Sequence record: MN642089.1
DNA from: Klebsiella phage N1M2
DNA: 64,000 nt
Direction: 5' to 3' (one strand)
The notes beneath the pieces were generated by a model. The model was not told the DNA's origin and ran no database searches. It was given only the letters and a program-made list of their open reading frames with translations. The position numbers and the translations under genes were made by a program. Below are positions 17,674 to 26,230 of this stretch, in pieces; position 1 is the first letter of the stretch; each line of letters starts with the position of its first letter.

Positions 17674-18429
17674 ATGTCCAAGAAAAACACCGCTCAAGTT
17701 AAAGCTGCTAAGCGTAATGCTCGTGCAAAAGCTAAAGCAAAATCAGTAGCAAAAGCTAAAGCTTGTCCTCAAGCTATCCAGCAACGCAAGCTGCGTGGTG
17801 CATTGGGTGCAGATGGACGTATCGCTGATTTCGATACTGTTCTGGAGAAAGCAGTTCTCGATATCAACAAAGGTAAGAAAGTTACCTCTGAGTTCAAGAC
17901 CACAACTGATATGATCGCTGGTATTAAAGAAGCAATCGGTCAGGTGTTTAAACTGTATTGCTACGTTACTCTCGGTAAAACTCTGGCAGATGCTGGAGCA
18001 ATGGAACATCAGGTAACCATTCCGATTGATGATATCTCCCGTGTACTGATGAACTTCGATAGCCGTATTGGTCGTCTGGAATTCATGGATAAAACTCCAG
18101 TTGAAGAACGTGACAATGTTGCTATTGAAACCGAAGCTCTGGATATCGGTACTAACCTGGCAAGCATCTCTGAAGATCTGTACGGTGAAGTTGCTCGTAT
18201 GGAAACCCATAGCTTGATCATGGAAGAAGCTATTTCCCGTATGGCTCTGGAAATCACTGAAGGTGAACCAGAACAACGTCGCATGGCTGCACTGCAAGCT
18301 GTGGCTTACAAATACCTGGCTGAGCTTAAGCTGCATGATGCCCGTGTTGAGAAAGAACAACGTGAAGCAGCTGACCCAAGTGAACACCTGACAGGTGTTG
18401 ATGAAGCACCATTTGTTCCACAAGTTTAA
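17674..18429 (+). CDS. Lys/Ala-rich basic-tailed protein (252 aa), histone-H1/Hc1-like N-terminus
   Basis: True ATG at 17674, because the ORF-track start 17215 lies inside the opposite-strand gene; N-terminus MSKKNTAQVKAAKRNARAKAKAKSVAKAKA, then an acidic helical domain; strong codon bias. Confidence 0.6.
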   Translation: MSKKNTAQVKAAKRNARAKAKAKSVAKAKACPQAIQQRKLRGALGADGRIADFDTVLEKAVLDINKGKKVTSEFKTTTDMIAGIKEAIGQVFKLYCYVTLGKTLADAGAMEHQVTIPIDDISRVLMNFDSRIGRLEFMDKTPVEERDNVAIETEALDIGTNLASISEDLYGEVARMETHSLIMEEAISRMALEITEGEPEQRRMAALQAVAYKYLAELKLHDARVEKEQREAADPSEHLTGVDEAPFVPQV

Positions 18430-18461
18430 TTCATCCATTTATCCTTATATAAGGTATTAAC

Positions 18462-20075
18462 ATGTCTGAGAATATTCCTCAAACTGAAATGCAGGAGAAC
18501 GTGAACAAGGAAGCTGCAATCATTGCACTTACCAATGCTCTCGTTGGTCCAGCAGATGACTACGATCCATCACTGCCTATGTTCCTCGGTACCATGAAAG
18601 AAGAACATGAGGCGATCTACAAAACAGCAGTTGCTTTCCTGGGTTGGCGTGATGCAGCTTCTTCCGGTAAAGAACGTGAGGCTAATGTCCTCAAAGATCG
18701 TTTCGAAGAATTACGCGATACTCACTTTGAAGGCGTAGAAGAAGAATTACTTGGTAACATGCTTACCAACTACTTCCGATTCTATTTCAATGGCTTTGAT
18801 CGCGGGATGGTTCGTAATGCTACAGTTGATGTTACTCGTCAACGTAAAGTTATCAATACGGTACCAATGAAGAACGGCCAACGGTTGGGATTGATTTCTG
18901 CGATTACCCCTACCGTTAAGAGCGAAATGGGTGTGCGTGAACGTATGCGTCGTACATTCCTCAAAGCTTCAGGTTCTCCAGATAGCTTCAACGTTATCCT
19001 GGCTAACTCTCTGATCTTCTTACGTGTTAAGATTCCTACTCCATTGGATCTGGTTCGTCTTATTAACGACATCGTTACCAAGCTTCATATGTACGGTGAA
19101 CGTTATAACCAAACCTCTATCCATTTGGAACGTGCGGGTATCAGTCAGATCCTGGTAGACTTCATTCTGGATCGTGTCAGCTACCACAGCGTCAAAGGTA
19201 TCGATGATCCTATCGAACTGAAGAACTATATCCTCAGTAATGACATCAACCACTTAGCCCAAGCTCTGCTGAAAATCACTTCCCCTAAAGGTGTGACTTA
19301 CCGCATGAACTGCCTGGCTAATAAATGTGGCTGGTCTTCCAATATGGTAATCGATCCAGCTAACATGCTTCTGTATGTTGAAGAAGATCAGCCTGAAGAA
19401 CGTCGGACTCTTCTGTTCAAATTAGTTAACGAAGGTCTTAAACTTTCTCCTGAAGATCTAGCGAATAACCCTCCTGTCTATAAAGACAAAGATGGTAACG
19501 TTCTGGATACCACGGTTGAACTGACAGAAGGTAATGGTCGTCTGGTCATTGATGTTCCTTATCTGTCAGAATACTTCCAGGCTTATGATGAAATGGCTGC
19601 TCGCATTAACCCTGAGTTACGTGAGTTGGCTGTTAAGTTTGCTAACCCTCAGGTGTTTGATGAGAAACGTCGTGAGTATCTGGCCCAGATGCGTGGTCAC
19701 GAATATATCCAATGGTTCCGTTCAATGGAGTTTGATCCACCGGCTGACTCTGAAGGAACTAAGGACGTTATCTATCGTGAAGAGAACCCGAAAGAGTTTG
19801 ATGAAGGTTTGATGGATATCTTCAACAAAGACGATCAGATGTATTATCGTGCTCTGGAAAAGGTTATTACAATCGCACCTCGCATGACCTATACCTATGT
19901 GGGTATTTGTGAAGACGAGTGTCCGAACTGTAAAGAAAAATCAGAAGGGAAAGATCAGGACCAGTTACATAACTTTACTCCTATCGATCCTATCCTGAAT
20001 TTTTTCGACCATACCCGAATGATGATCTCAATCAGAACCGGTCAGCAGAGTTTACAAGAGGACGGTCTTTCCTAA
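18462..20075 (+). CDS. hypothetical protein (537 aa); C-terminal CEDECPNC Cys pair
   Basis: Long ORF with RBS context AAGGTATTAAC-ATG-TCT shared with other highly expressed genes. Confidence 0.65.
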   Translation: MSENIPQTEMQENVNKEAAIIALTNALVGPADDYDPSLPMFLGTMKEEHEAIYKTAVAFLGWRDAASSGKEREANVLKDRFEELRDTHFEGVEEELLGNMLTNYFRFYFNGFDRGMVRNATVDVTRQRKVINTVPMKNGQRLGLISAITPTVKSEMGVRERMRRTFLKASGSPDSFNVILANSLIFLRVKIPTPLDLVRLINDIVTKLHMYGERYNQTSIHLERAGISQILVDFILDRVSYHSVKGIDDPIELKNYILSNDINHLAQALLKITSPKGVTYRMNCLANKCGWSSNMVIDPANMLLYVEEDQPEERRTLLFKLVNEGLKLSPEDLANNPPVYKDKDGNVLDTTVELTEGNGRLVIDVPYLSEYFQAYDEMAARINPELRELAVKFANPQVFDEKRREYLAQMRGHEYIQWFRSMEFDPPADSEGTKDVIYREENPKEFDEGLMDIFNKDDQMYYRALEKVITIAPRMTYTYVGICEDECPNCKEKSEGKDQDQLHNFTPIDPILNFFDHTRMMISIRTGQQSLQEDGLS

Positions 20076-20185
20076 ACGACTCTAACTTTGATCCCCGTGT
20101 TCTGACACGCTGTAGTGAACTCTTCATCGCAGCGGCCAGGGAAACTGACCATGTGAAATTAGCCGTCTTAGAAAGGCGGCTTTTC

Positions 20186-20518
20186 ATGATCAAGTATGGT
20201 TATATCGCAGAGCAAGAATCGATGAGTTCCCATCTGCGGTATAATACTAATACTAGAGATTACTTCCACCCGTGGGCAGCTAAGGTCATAGGCCACACAT
20301 TCGGGGCTAGAGAGTATAGTAAATTCATTCCTTTCAAAGACTATCTTGAAATGCCAGTGGATTTTATAGAGGACTTCATTGAAGGTTTAGCAGAAGGTGA
20401 ACAAGCTGTCGTCAAAGCTAAACTGGAAGCCGCCAAACGTGAAGCTTCTAAACAAGGTGGTGTTGGTGATCCTCACCAAGCCGCTATCGCTTTAGCTCAA
20501 AAGAGCAATAAAGGATAA
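20186..20518 (+). CDS. hypothetical protein (110 aa from the ATG; the ORF-track start 20153 is GTG)
   Basis: ATG at 20186 preceded by AAAGG; Lys/Ala-rich C-terminus. Confidence 0.45.
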   Translation: MIKYGYIAEQESMSSHLRYNTNTRDYFHPWAAKVIGHTFGAREYSKFIPFKDYLEMPVDFIEDFIEGLAEGEQAVVKAKLEAAKREASKQGGVGDPHQAAIALAQKSNKG

Positions 20519-20523
20519 CTATT

Positions 20524-21066
20524 ATGGGTAACGCATACCAACCTCCTAAGTTGGAGAAACGTGAGAATACTGTTGTTAAACAGGTTAAAGATGAAGCCCA
20601 AGGTGATCGTGTACTGGGTGTGAGTTCTGTTAACATGCAAATGTCTGCTGATGATATCTATAAAAAGAACATCACTGACTTTGCTGAATTCCTGAAAGGT
20701 AACATTGCCGCTGGTACTTTGGAAGAACGTCAGAAGTTCCAACGTACTTTCTTTAACTCTATCCCGGCTATGCTTCGTCTGAGCGATGCTCAGGTTAAAG
20801 CGGTCCTGGATCACTTCCTGGTGACCATTGCTGAAAACCGTCAGGTATTCGATTACAGCGTAGTTCTGTCCCCACTGTACACTATCGAATCTCAACTGAA
20901 TAAAGTTGAAGTAGAACGTTACAAGCGCTTCATGCTGTTCATTATCCTGCTGTCTGATAATGCTCGTGATCGTCAACGTTTCCTGGCTAACTTTGACATG
21001 ACTAAGTTTACTAGCATGTTTGATCCGGTCACCAAACAACGTCTGACCAACTACGTATACCGTTAA
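20524..21066 (+). CDS. hypothetical protein (180 aa)
   Basis: ORF with strong codon bias; followed by the GNRA-loop hairpin terminator 21073..21103. Confidence 0.6.
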   Translation: MGNAYQPPKLEKRENTVVKQVKDEAQGDRVLGVSSVNMQMSADDIYKKNITDFAEFLKGNIAAGTLEERQKFQRTFFNSIPAMLRLSDAQVKAVLDHFLVTIAENRQVFDYSVVLSPLYTIESQLNKVEVERYKRFMLFIILLSDNARDRQRFLANFDMTKFTSMFDPVTKQRLTNYVYR

Positions 21067-21072
21067 TAAGCT

Positions 21073-21103
21073 CCCTACTCCCTCCGAAAGGAAGGGGTAG
21101 GGG
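21073..21103 (+). terminator. rho-independent terminator with a GAAA loop (CCCTACTCCCTCC-GAAA-GGAAGGGGTAGGG)
   Basis: 13-bp stem with one mismatch, then TTTTATGTTG. Confidence 0.55.
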
Positions 21104-21152
21104 TTTTATGTTGTCTATTGATTTTCAAGCAGATATTATTAACATGTATAGG
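21104..21152 (+). promoter_or_regulatory. bipartite conserved intergenic element TTGTCTATTGA ... GCAGATATTATTAACATGTATAGG
   Basis: Both halves are repeated at 52047..52109 in the same order after a terminator. Confidence 0.5.
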
Positions 21153-21169
21153 TAATGAAGGAAACTGAA

Positions 21170-21685
21170 ATGAAAGATACATTTAAGAATATAGGTGAGT
21201 CAGAAGTTAAACATCCAGTCCAAGCTGGCAAAGATCTGATTAACCTGCTGACTAAGAAACGTCGCCATGCGTTCAACTACGTCAACCCAATCCCAGCGGA
21301 ACAATCTTTCCGTGACTGTATTCATTATGACGCTCTGTGGATCGGTAGTAACACAGTTAATACGGTAAAGGAAATCGCTGCTCTGAGCTTCCGCACCAAA
21401 AACCTATTTGAAACTTCTATCATACACCCGTCATATAAGTGCAGGGTGGTTTATGGACAACCGTGTATTGATAGTGAGAGCGATGGTATTATTATCCCAC
21501 TTAAGGCTCATGGTGAAGACTGTCATGCACGTCTGTTCGTTTCTGAGTATCGTGATATCGTTCTCCAGGTTAAACTGGGTCGTGAGTTTGAGTGGTTGAG
21601 TCTACCAGTTAAATCCCACCAAGTTAAAGCAGCTTACGATAAGCTGTTTCCTACCATCCAAGTTCCTAACTGTCCCGTGGAGTAA
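21170..21685 (+). CDS. hypothetical protein (171 aa from the ATG with an AAGGAAA RBS; the ORF track starts at 21155)
   Basis: Preceded by the CAGATATTAT promoter-like element; shares an exact AEQSFRD heptapeptide with 13697..14146. Confidence 0.55.
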   Translation: MKDTFKNIGESEVKHPVQAGKDLINLLTKKRRHAFNYVNPIPAEQSFRDCIHYDALWIGSNTVNTVKEIAALSFRTKNLFETSIIHPSYKCRVVYGQPCIDSESDGIIIPLKAHGEDCHARLFVSEYRDIVLQVKLGREFEWLSLPVKSHQVKAAYDKLFPTIQVPNCPVE

Positions 21686-21687
21686 TA

Positions 21688-21966
21688 ATGACTACTTCTA
21701 CAGTACGCCCAGGTGAACTCACTAATGAGAAATGGGTGGTATCATCCAAAGGTCGTCCATCTAGTTGTGTCGAGATCTCTGCTGTCCAGAATGGCGCACA
21801 TGGTCAGATATCTTGGGGATGGCCAGGGCCAGATAAGATAATCGTACTTGATGATAAAACTGGTTATCATCCAGACTTACCAAATGCTGCAGAGTTAATC
21901 AAAGATGCTGAAGAACTCGCACAAGTGATCTGTGATCACAAAAACAAGAAGTTAGGTTTACTGTAA
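21688..21966 (+). CDS. hypothetical small protein (92 aa)
   Basis: ORF immediately after the previous stop. Confidence 0.5.
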   Translation: MTTSTVRPGELTNEKWVVSSKGRPSSCVEISAVQNGAHGQISWGWPGPDKIIVLDDKTGYHPDLPNAAELIKDAEELAQVICDHKNKKLGLL

Positions 21967-21999
21967 TAATAACCCTCACCAATAAAAAGGAAATACAAT

Positions 22000-22539
22000 A
22001 TGTTACTCAATCAAGAAAATATCACCACCCTGGCTCAGAAACTGTTCGATGCTATCAAAGGTGCTGAACCAAAAGCAACTTCCATTGAAGTTGATAATCT
22101 GGCACTCATCAAAATCATTGATACCGAATGTGACCACGGGATGGGTACCGATGTATTCGGCGTCTACGTTAATGGTAAACGTCAGGGCGTGATACGTCTT
22201 CCATCGGAACTGGGAACAGCCGACCCTGTTCGCGCCACACTATCTCGCCTTATTGGTGAAACGATCAAGAGCAAAGTGGAAGCTATTACTTCCCACATCC
22301 TCTGTGGTGAAGAAGGTATGCCGAACCCAACCTATGTGACTCGCACTCTTAGCATCATTAAGAAGTGTGAAACCACGCAGGGTATCATGGTATACCAGAT
22401 TATCGTTAATGGTGAAATGGTTGCTAACATTCCTCATGAAGGTAAGATCACCGAACATGACTGGATCTACATCACCGTTCGTGGTATTATCCACAACGCA
22501 GCAATGGATGGCGATTATCATCTGACCGTACTCGAATAA
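22000..22539 (+). CDS. hypothetical protein (179 aa)
   Basis: ORF; last gene of the + block before the bidirectional terminator at 22550..22578 and a T9 run. Confidence 0.55.
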   Translation: MLLNQENITTLAQKLFDAIKGAEPKATSIEVDNLALIKIIDTECDHGMGTDVFGVYVNGKRQGVIRLPSELGTADPVRATLSRLIGETIKSKVEAITSHILCGEEGMPNPTYVTRTLSIIKKCETTQGIMVYQIIVNGEMVANIPHEGKITEHDWIYITVRGIIHNAAMDGDYHLTVLE

Positions 22540-22549
22540 CAAACATAAC

Positions 22550-22578
22550 CCCTACCCCTCCTTTCGGAGTGGGTAGGG
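22550..22578. terminator. bidirectional terminator (CCCTACCCCTCC ... GGAGTGGGTAGGG)
   Basis: Lies between convergent genes; a T9 run at ~22592..22600. Confidence 0.55.
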
Positions 22579-22600
22579 ATCTATGATTACTTATTTTTTT

Positions 22601-24340
22601 TTATGCTGCTTTCTTAGCTTCATTAATGAATGGGATTACAGACTCTTCATAGAAAGAGTTAATCTCAGTCAGTTGAGGCATACCGTAAATGGTATTACAC
22701 AAAGTCACCGCATTAGCAATTGGGGACGAAGCGTAGTTAACACCGACACGACGGAACTCGAAACGATCCAGACCTTCAATTTCACATACTTCCAACTTAG
22801 TTGTTTTGTTGGATACGTTAAGTGAAACTGTAATGTGAGGATATGCGCCCGTTACGTCGATATCATCCGTGTCGCCACGACCACGTGAACGCCATGAAGG
22901 AAGACCAGCATAGATTGGTTTACCTTTATCTTCATTAAGCTCAGCATGGAGCAGAGCGATCCAGTCACGAAGATCTGGCTTGATATCTTTCCAAATATCT
23001 TCTTTCTTACGGCCAACTGTTCCCCAAACATAACCATGTTCCAAAGCAATGAAAGATAACTTATCAGAAATCATTGATGGTTGTGATTGGTATGAACGAA
23101 GTTCAGAAGAAGTAATCAGAGAAGGCAATGACAGAGAGTAGTCATTAGTTACTCGGTTAAGATCTTCAATTACCCAGTTATCTCGAATGTTATACATTGC
23201 GTAGATATAAGGGAATTTCTTCTGCATGAATTTGTGCCATTCGGTAGAACCAGCTTGCAAGTGATCTGCTTCAGGAGTATATAACTTACCTTCTACCCCT
23301 TCAGCTTTAGCCGTGTTCTGTAACGAGTAAGATTCCTTCTTACCACCTGGAGCACGTTTAATCGCATAGAAAGACATCCCATCAAACCACTGCCACTTAG
23401 CAGGTGCCTGAAGAACAGGGAAACGTTCTTGAGGTTCTAGTGGCGATTTGGAACCATCAACCTTAGTTTTAAACTCACGACCTTTAAAATAGAAATAATC
23501 GCGATAAGGTTTAGGAACTTCTGGATCACTATATACGTCGGCTAAATCATAACCTTCATTAGTTAATGAATCTTCATTAGCTTGCATATCAAAGTTTGCG
23601 TTCCAGCTAACGACATAGTCTGGACCGATACGGTGAAATGCTTGAATGTTGTTATAAACAACTTGACCTGGAGTATCATAAAGTTCAAATACAATTTTGA
23701 CCTTATGTTTTTCCATGTACTCTTTCAAGTGTACTTCAGCTGCTTCATTCAGTTTACGCAGAATAGTCGCATCATCTTCCCCAGGGAAGAAGCTACGTAG
23801 GCCAGCCCAATATACTGTATCTCCACAGGTAATGGAAGCCATGTTGACACAACCGGTTGAACCATCATTATTGATATACGTTTCAACGTCGTATGCTGCT
23901 ACTTTATAAGCTTCCTGTGGTTGGTAATCAGGATACTTTTTATAGAAGCGTTCTTTAAAGATAACCGGAACACTTTCCTGACAACCAAATACATAAGGGC
24001 TGTTCTTTAATTCGCCCAGTTGAGCTTTACGATCTGGACGACCATAAAGACATTTACTAATTTGAACTGCCAAACGTGATTCATTAGAGCTATGCTTATC
24101 GCATTTAGCGATTTCAATGTAATCTCGTTTATCCTGGAATGTTTGATATTTCTTTTTGACGATATAGAAGTCTCGTTTAAAGTTTTCAATCTTAACTAAT
24201 CGATCTTCACGAGTACCGTCTTTACGAATGTTGGTTATCTTGGCAGTAAGTAAATCGTTACCGTCCATAAATTTGTTGAACGATAAGTATGCATGTTTAC
24301 AAACACGCCCAACAATTGGATTGTCAGTTTGATCTGTCAT
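22601..24340 (-). CDS. family-B DNA polymerase N-terminal + 3'-5' exonuclease module, ending just after polymerase motif A (split/partial PolB)
   Basis: Exo I AAYDVETY (D-x-E), Exo II SWNANFDMQ (N-x3-FD), Exo III YAMYNIRD (Y-x3-D), then DVTGAYPHI ~ motif A D-x-x-S-L-Y-P-S-I about 80 aa before the stop; motifs B (K-x3-NS-x-YG) and C (YGDTDS) absent. Confidence 0.65.
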   Translation of the reverse strand: MTDQTDNPIVGRVCKHAYLSFNKFMDGNDLLTAKITNIRKDGTREDRLVKIENFKRDFYIVKKKYQTFQDKRDYIEIAKCDKHSSNESRLAVQISKCLYGRPDRKAQLGELKNSPYVFGCQESVPVIFKERFYKKYPDYQPQEAYKVAAYDVETYINNDGSTGCVNMASITCGDTVYWAGLRSFFPGEDDATILRKLNEAAEVHLKEYMEKHKVKIVFELYDTPGQVVYNNIQAFHRIGPDYVVSWNANFDMQANEDSLTNEGYDLADVYSDPEVPKPYRDYFYFKGREFKTKVDGSKSPLEPQERFPVLQAPAKWQWFDGMSFYAIKRAPGGKKESYSLQNTAKAEGVEGKLYTPEADHLQAGSTEWHKFMQKKFPYIYAMYNIRDNWVIEDLNRVTNDYSLSLPSLITSSELRSYQSQPSMISDKLSFIALEHGYVWGTVGRKKEDIWKDIKPDLRDWIALLHAELNEDKGKPIYAGLPSWRSRGRGDTDDIDVTGAYPHITVSLNVSNKTTKLEVCEIEGLDRFEFRRVGVNYASSPIANAVTLCNTIYGMPQLTEINSFYEESVIPFINEAKKAA

Positions 24341-24428
24341 TTTAATTACCCGAATGTTATGACGTCTTGAGTTGAATTTTCTACATTATTCATCTCGCCC
24401 TTTTAAATTACTCCGGAGTTTTACTCAT

Positions 24429-25772
24429 ATGTTAGGAATCGACTTCCTCCAACCGCCACGGCCGATCACCGTAGCAGGCGTGGAGTTTATGGATTATCAG
24501 GATCCTAAGTGCTACCTTGAATTGGTAGACATCTTTAACAAAACACTTGTCGATGAAGTTGTTGATGAAGCAACTCACGTAACCTTTCAGGGCGGTATTG
24601 AAGCACTGAGAAGTATTGAAGATATTATCTTTAATCAATTCGGCATTAAAGTAAGTTTACACGCACCTTCAGACAGAACGGGTAACGTTGCTGTTGAATC
24701 TGGTTGGTTCTCTCCTAACCATGTATTCAACAATAAAGGTCTGGATGGTGTACTGAAATCTTCAGATAGTAATATTGGTCGTGCATTCCGTCGTCTTAAA
24801 ACCGACGTACTTCGTGGATGGGTCGATACCTCTAAAGGTAAAGTCGGTGGGGACTATAGTAAAATAGAATTCCCGATGTACATTGGTCGCTATATCGATT
24901 CCTTCTTAAAAGCTGGTATGCTTGCTCGATACAATATTACCATGAGTGAAGCACTTGCCTCTTTCATTCTGCATGAAGTAGGTCATATCTTCACTTCCTT
25001 CCTGTTCATTACCCGGAACATTATCGACACCATCATGCCGACAATTGCTGCCCGCATGATCACCGAAGGTAATATCTACGGTAAAGAGCGTTCTGCTATT
25101 GTTCATCAAACACTGACCGAACTTGAATGTTCTACCAGACCTACTGTTGAAGAACTCGACAGAATGGGTGGCCAGGAAATTATCGTGATGTTTGATAAAG
25201 CTATCAATACACGCGATCAACGCCGTACTCTTTCTTTAGGTGCCACTGACCGTGGTGCAGAGATTTATGCTGACCTCTTTGCTGTGCGTTGCGGTGTTCC
25301 AAAAGCATTGGTTGCTGCATTGATTAGTTCTGATGCAGGTGACTTCCTGAAAAGACTGAGTACCACAGCTGTTGGGGTTACTGTTCTTACTGCTATGGCG
25401 GCTATGCCAATTCTGGCTGGTATGTCTGCAGCTATCGGTGTATTCTCAGGTTTGCTGAACGTCCATATGTTACTTAACCCTAACGATCTGTATGATTCCC
25501 CATACCGTCGTGTTAAGAACCTGTTACGCGATCAGATCATCAGACTTAATACTGATAAGTCTTTAGACAATCGTACTAAAGCCCAAATGCTCAAAGATAC
25601 AAAAGAACTTGAGCAAATGGTCTCTGAAGCAAAACCTTTCTTTGAAGGTACTGCTGTTCAACGTCTGATCGGTTGGATTTTCTCCGGTAGTGATTTCAAA
25701 GCTTCTGAGTTTGAGCATTACACTGATGAATTAGTTGCCCATTCTCTGTCTGTTTATAAAGATGCCTTTTAA
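24429..25772 (+). CDS. putative membrane-associated zinc metalloprotease (HExxH)
   Basis: ATG at 24429 with a GGAG RBS (ORF track starts at 24372); zincin motif ILHEVGHIF; downstream hydrophobic helices TAVGVTVLTAMAAMPILAGMSAAIGVFSGLL. Confidence 0.6.
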   Translation: MLGIDFLQPPRPITVAGVEFMDYQDPKCYLELVDIFNKTLVDEVVDEATHVTFQGGIEALRSIEDIIFNQFGIKVSLHAPSDRTGNVAVESGWFSPNHVFNNKGLDGVLKSSDSNIGRAFRRLKTDVLRGWVDTSKGKVGGDYSKIEFPMYIGRYIDSFLKAGMLARYNITMSEALASFILHEVGHIFTSFLFITRNIIDTIMPTIAARMITEGNIYGKERSAIVHQTLTELECSTRPTVEELDRMGGQEIIVMFDKAINTRDQRRTLSLGATDRGAEIYADLFAVRCGVPKALVAALISSDAGDFLKRLSTTAVGVTVLTAMAAMPILAGMSAAIGVFSGLLNVHMLLNPNDLYDSPYRRVKNLLRDQIIRLNTDKSLDNRTKAQMLKDTKELEQMVSEAKPFFEGTAVQRLIGWIFSGSDFKASEFEHYTDELVAHSLSVYKDAF

Positions 25773-25781
25773 GGATTTAAC

Positions 25782-26216
25782 ATGAGCCATTTAGCCCATA
25801 TCGTAAAACTGAAACAAAACCTGATTGCAGAAGGTGTGACCAATCCAGAAATTCAGATTGCCATTGCACGTACTGCTTACGTTAAAGCTCTGATCACTGT
25901 CAATACTGCTAATAAACTGGATGAAGAAAAATGCATCGAGTTTAACCGCTATGTATTGAGCTACTGGAATGAGACAACTCCGGTAAACGGTCTCCTGGTT
26001 ATGAAAACTATTGGTGACTTCTTCCGTAACCTGGAAAACTTCCTGGAACACACTTTCACTGATTGTGTGTTGAACATTCAGATCGTTCCTTATGTAGAGA
26101 ACCCAGCTGACCTGGAGTATACCAAACTGGAAACTTATCAGTCTCTGGTACAGCAGTTGGTTGATGAAGCTAACTACAAGCTTCCTCAGTTCATGGAAAC
26201 CGAGCAGATCGTCTAA
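25782..26216 (+). CDS. hypothetical protein (144 aa)
   Basis: ORF with ATG and AAGGA RBS. Confidence 0.5.
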   Translation: MSHLAHIVKLKQNLIAEGVTNPEIQIAIARTAYVKALITVNTANKLDEEKCIEFNRYVLSYWNETTPVNGLLVMKTIGDFFRNLENFLEHTFTDCVLNIQIVPYVENPADLEYTKLETYQSLVQQLVDEANYKLPQFMETEQIV

Positions 26217-26230
26217 TATAAGGAATCATC

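Noticed and set aside
20153-20185. GTG start proposed by the ORF track for 20153..20518 (and TTG/GTG starts at 4505, 17651, 40838)
   Set aside because: In each case an in-frame ATG with a better-placed Shine-Dalgarno lies a few codons downstream. The ORF track uses non-ATG starts, so I moved the starts. GTG at 52142 was kept because it has an ideal RBS and no nearby ATG.
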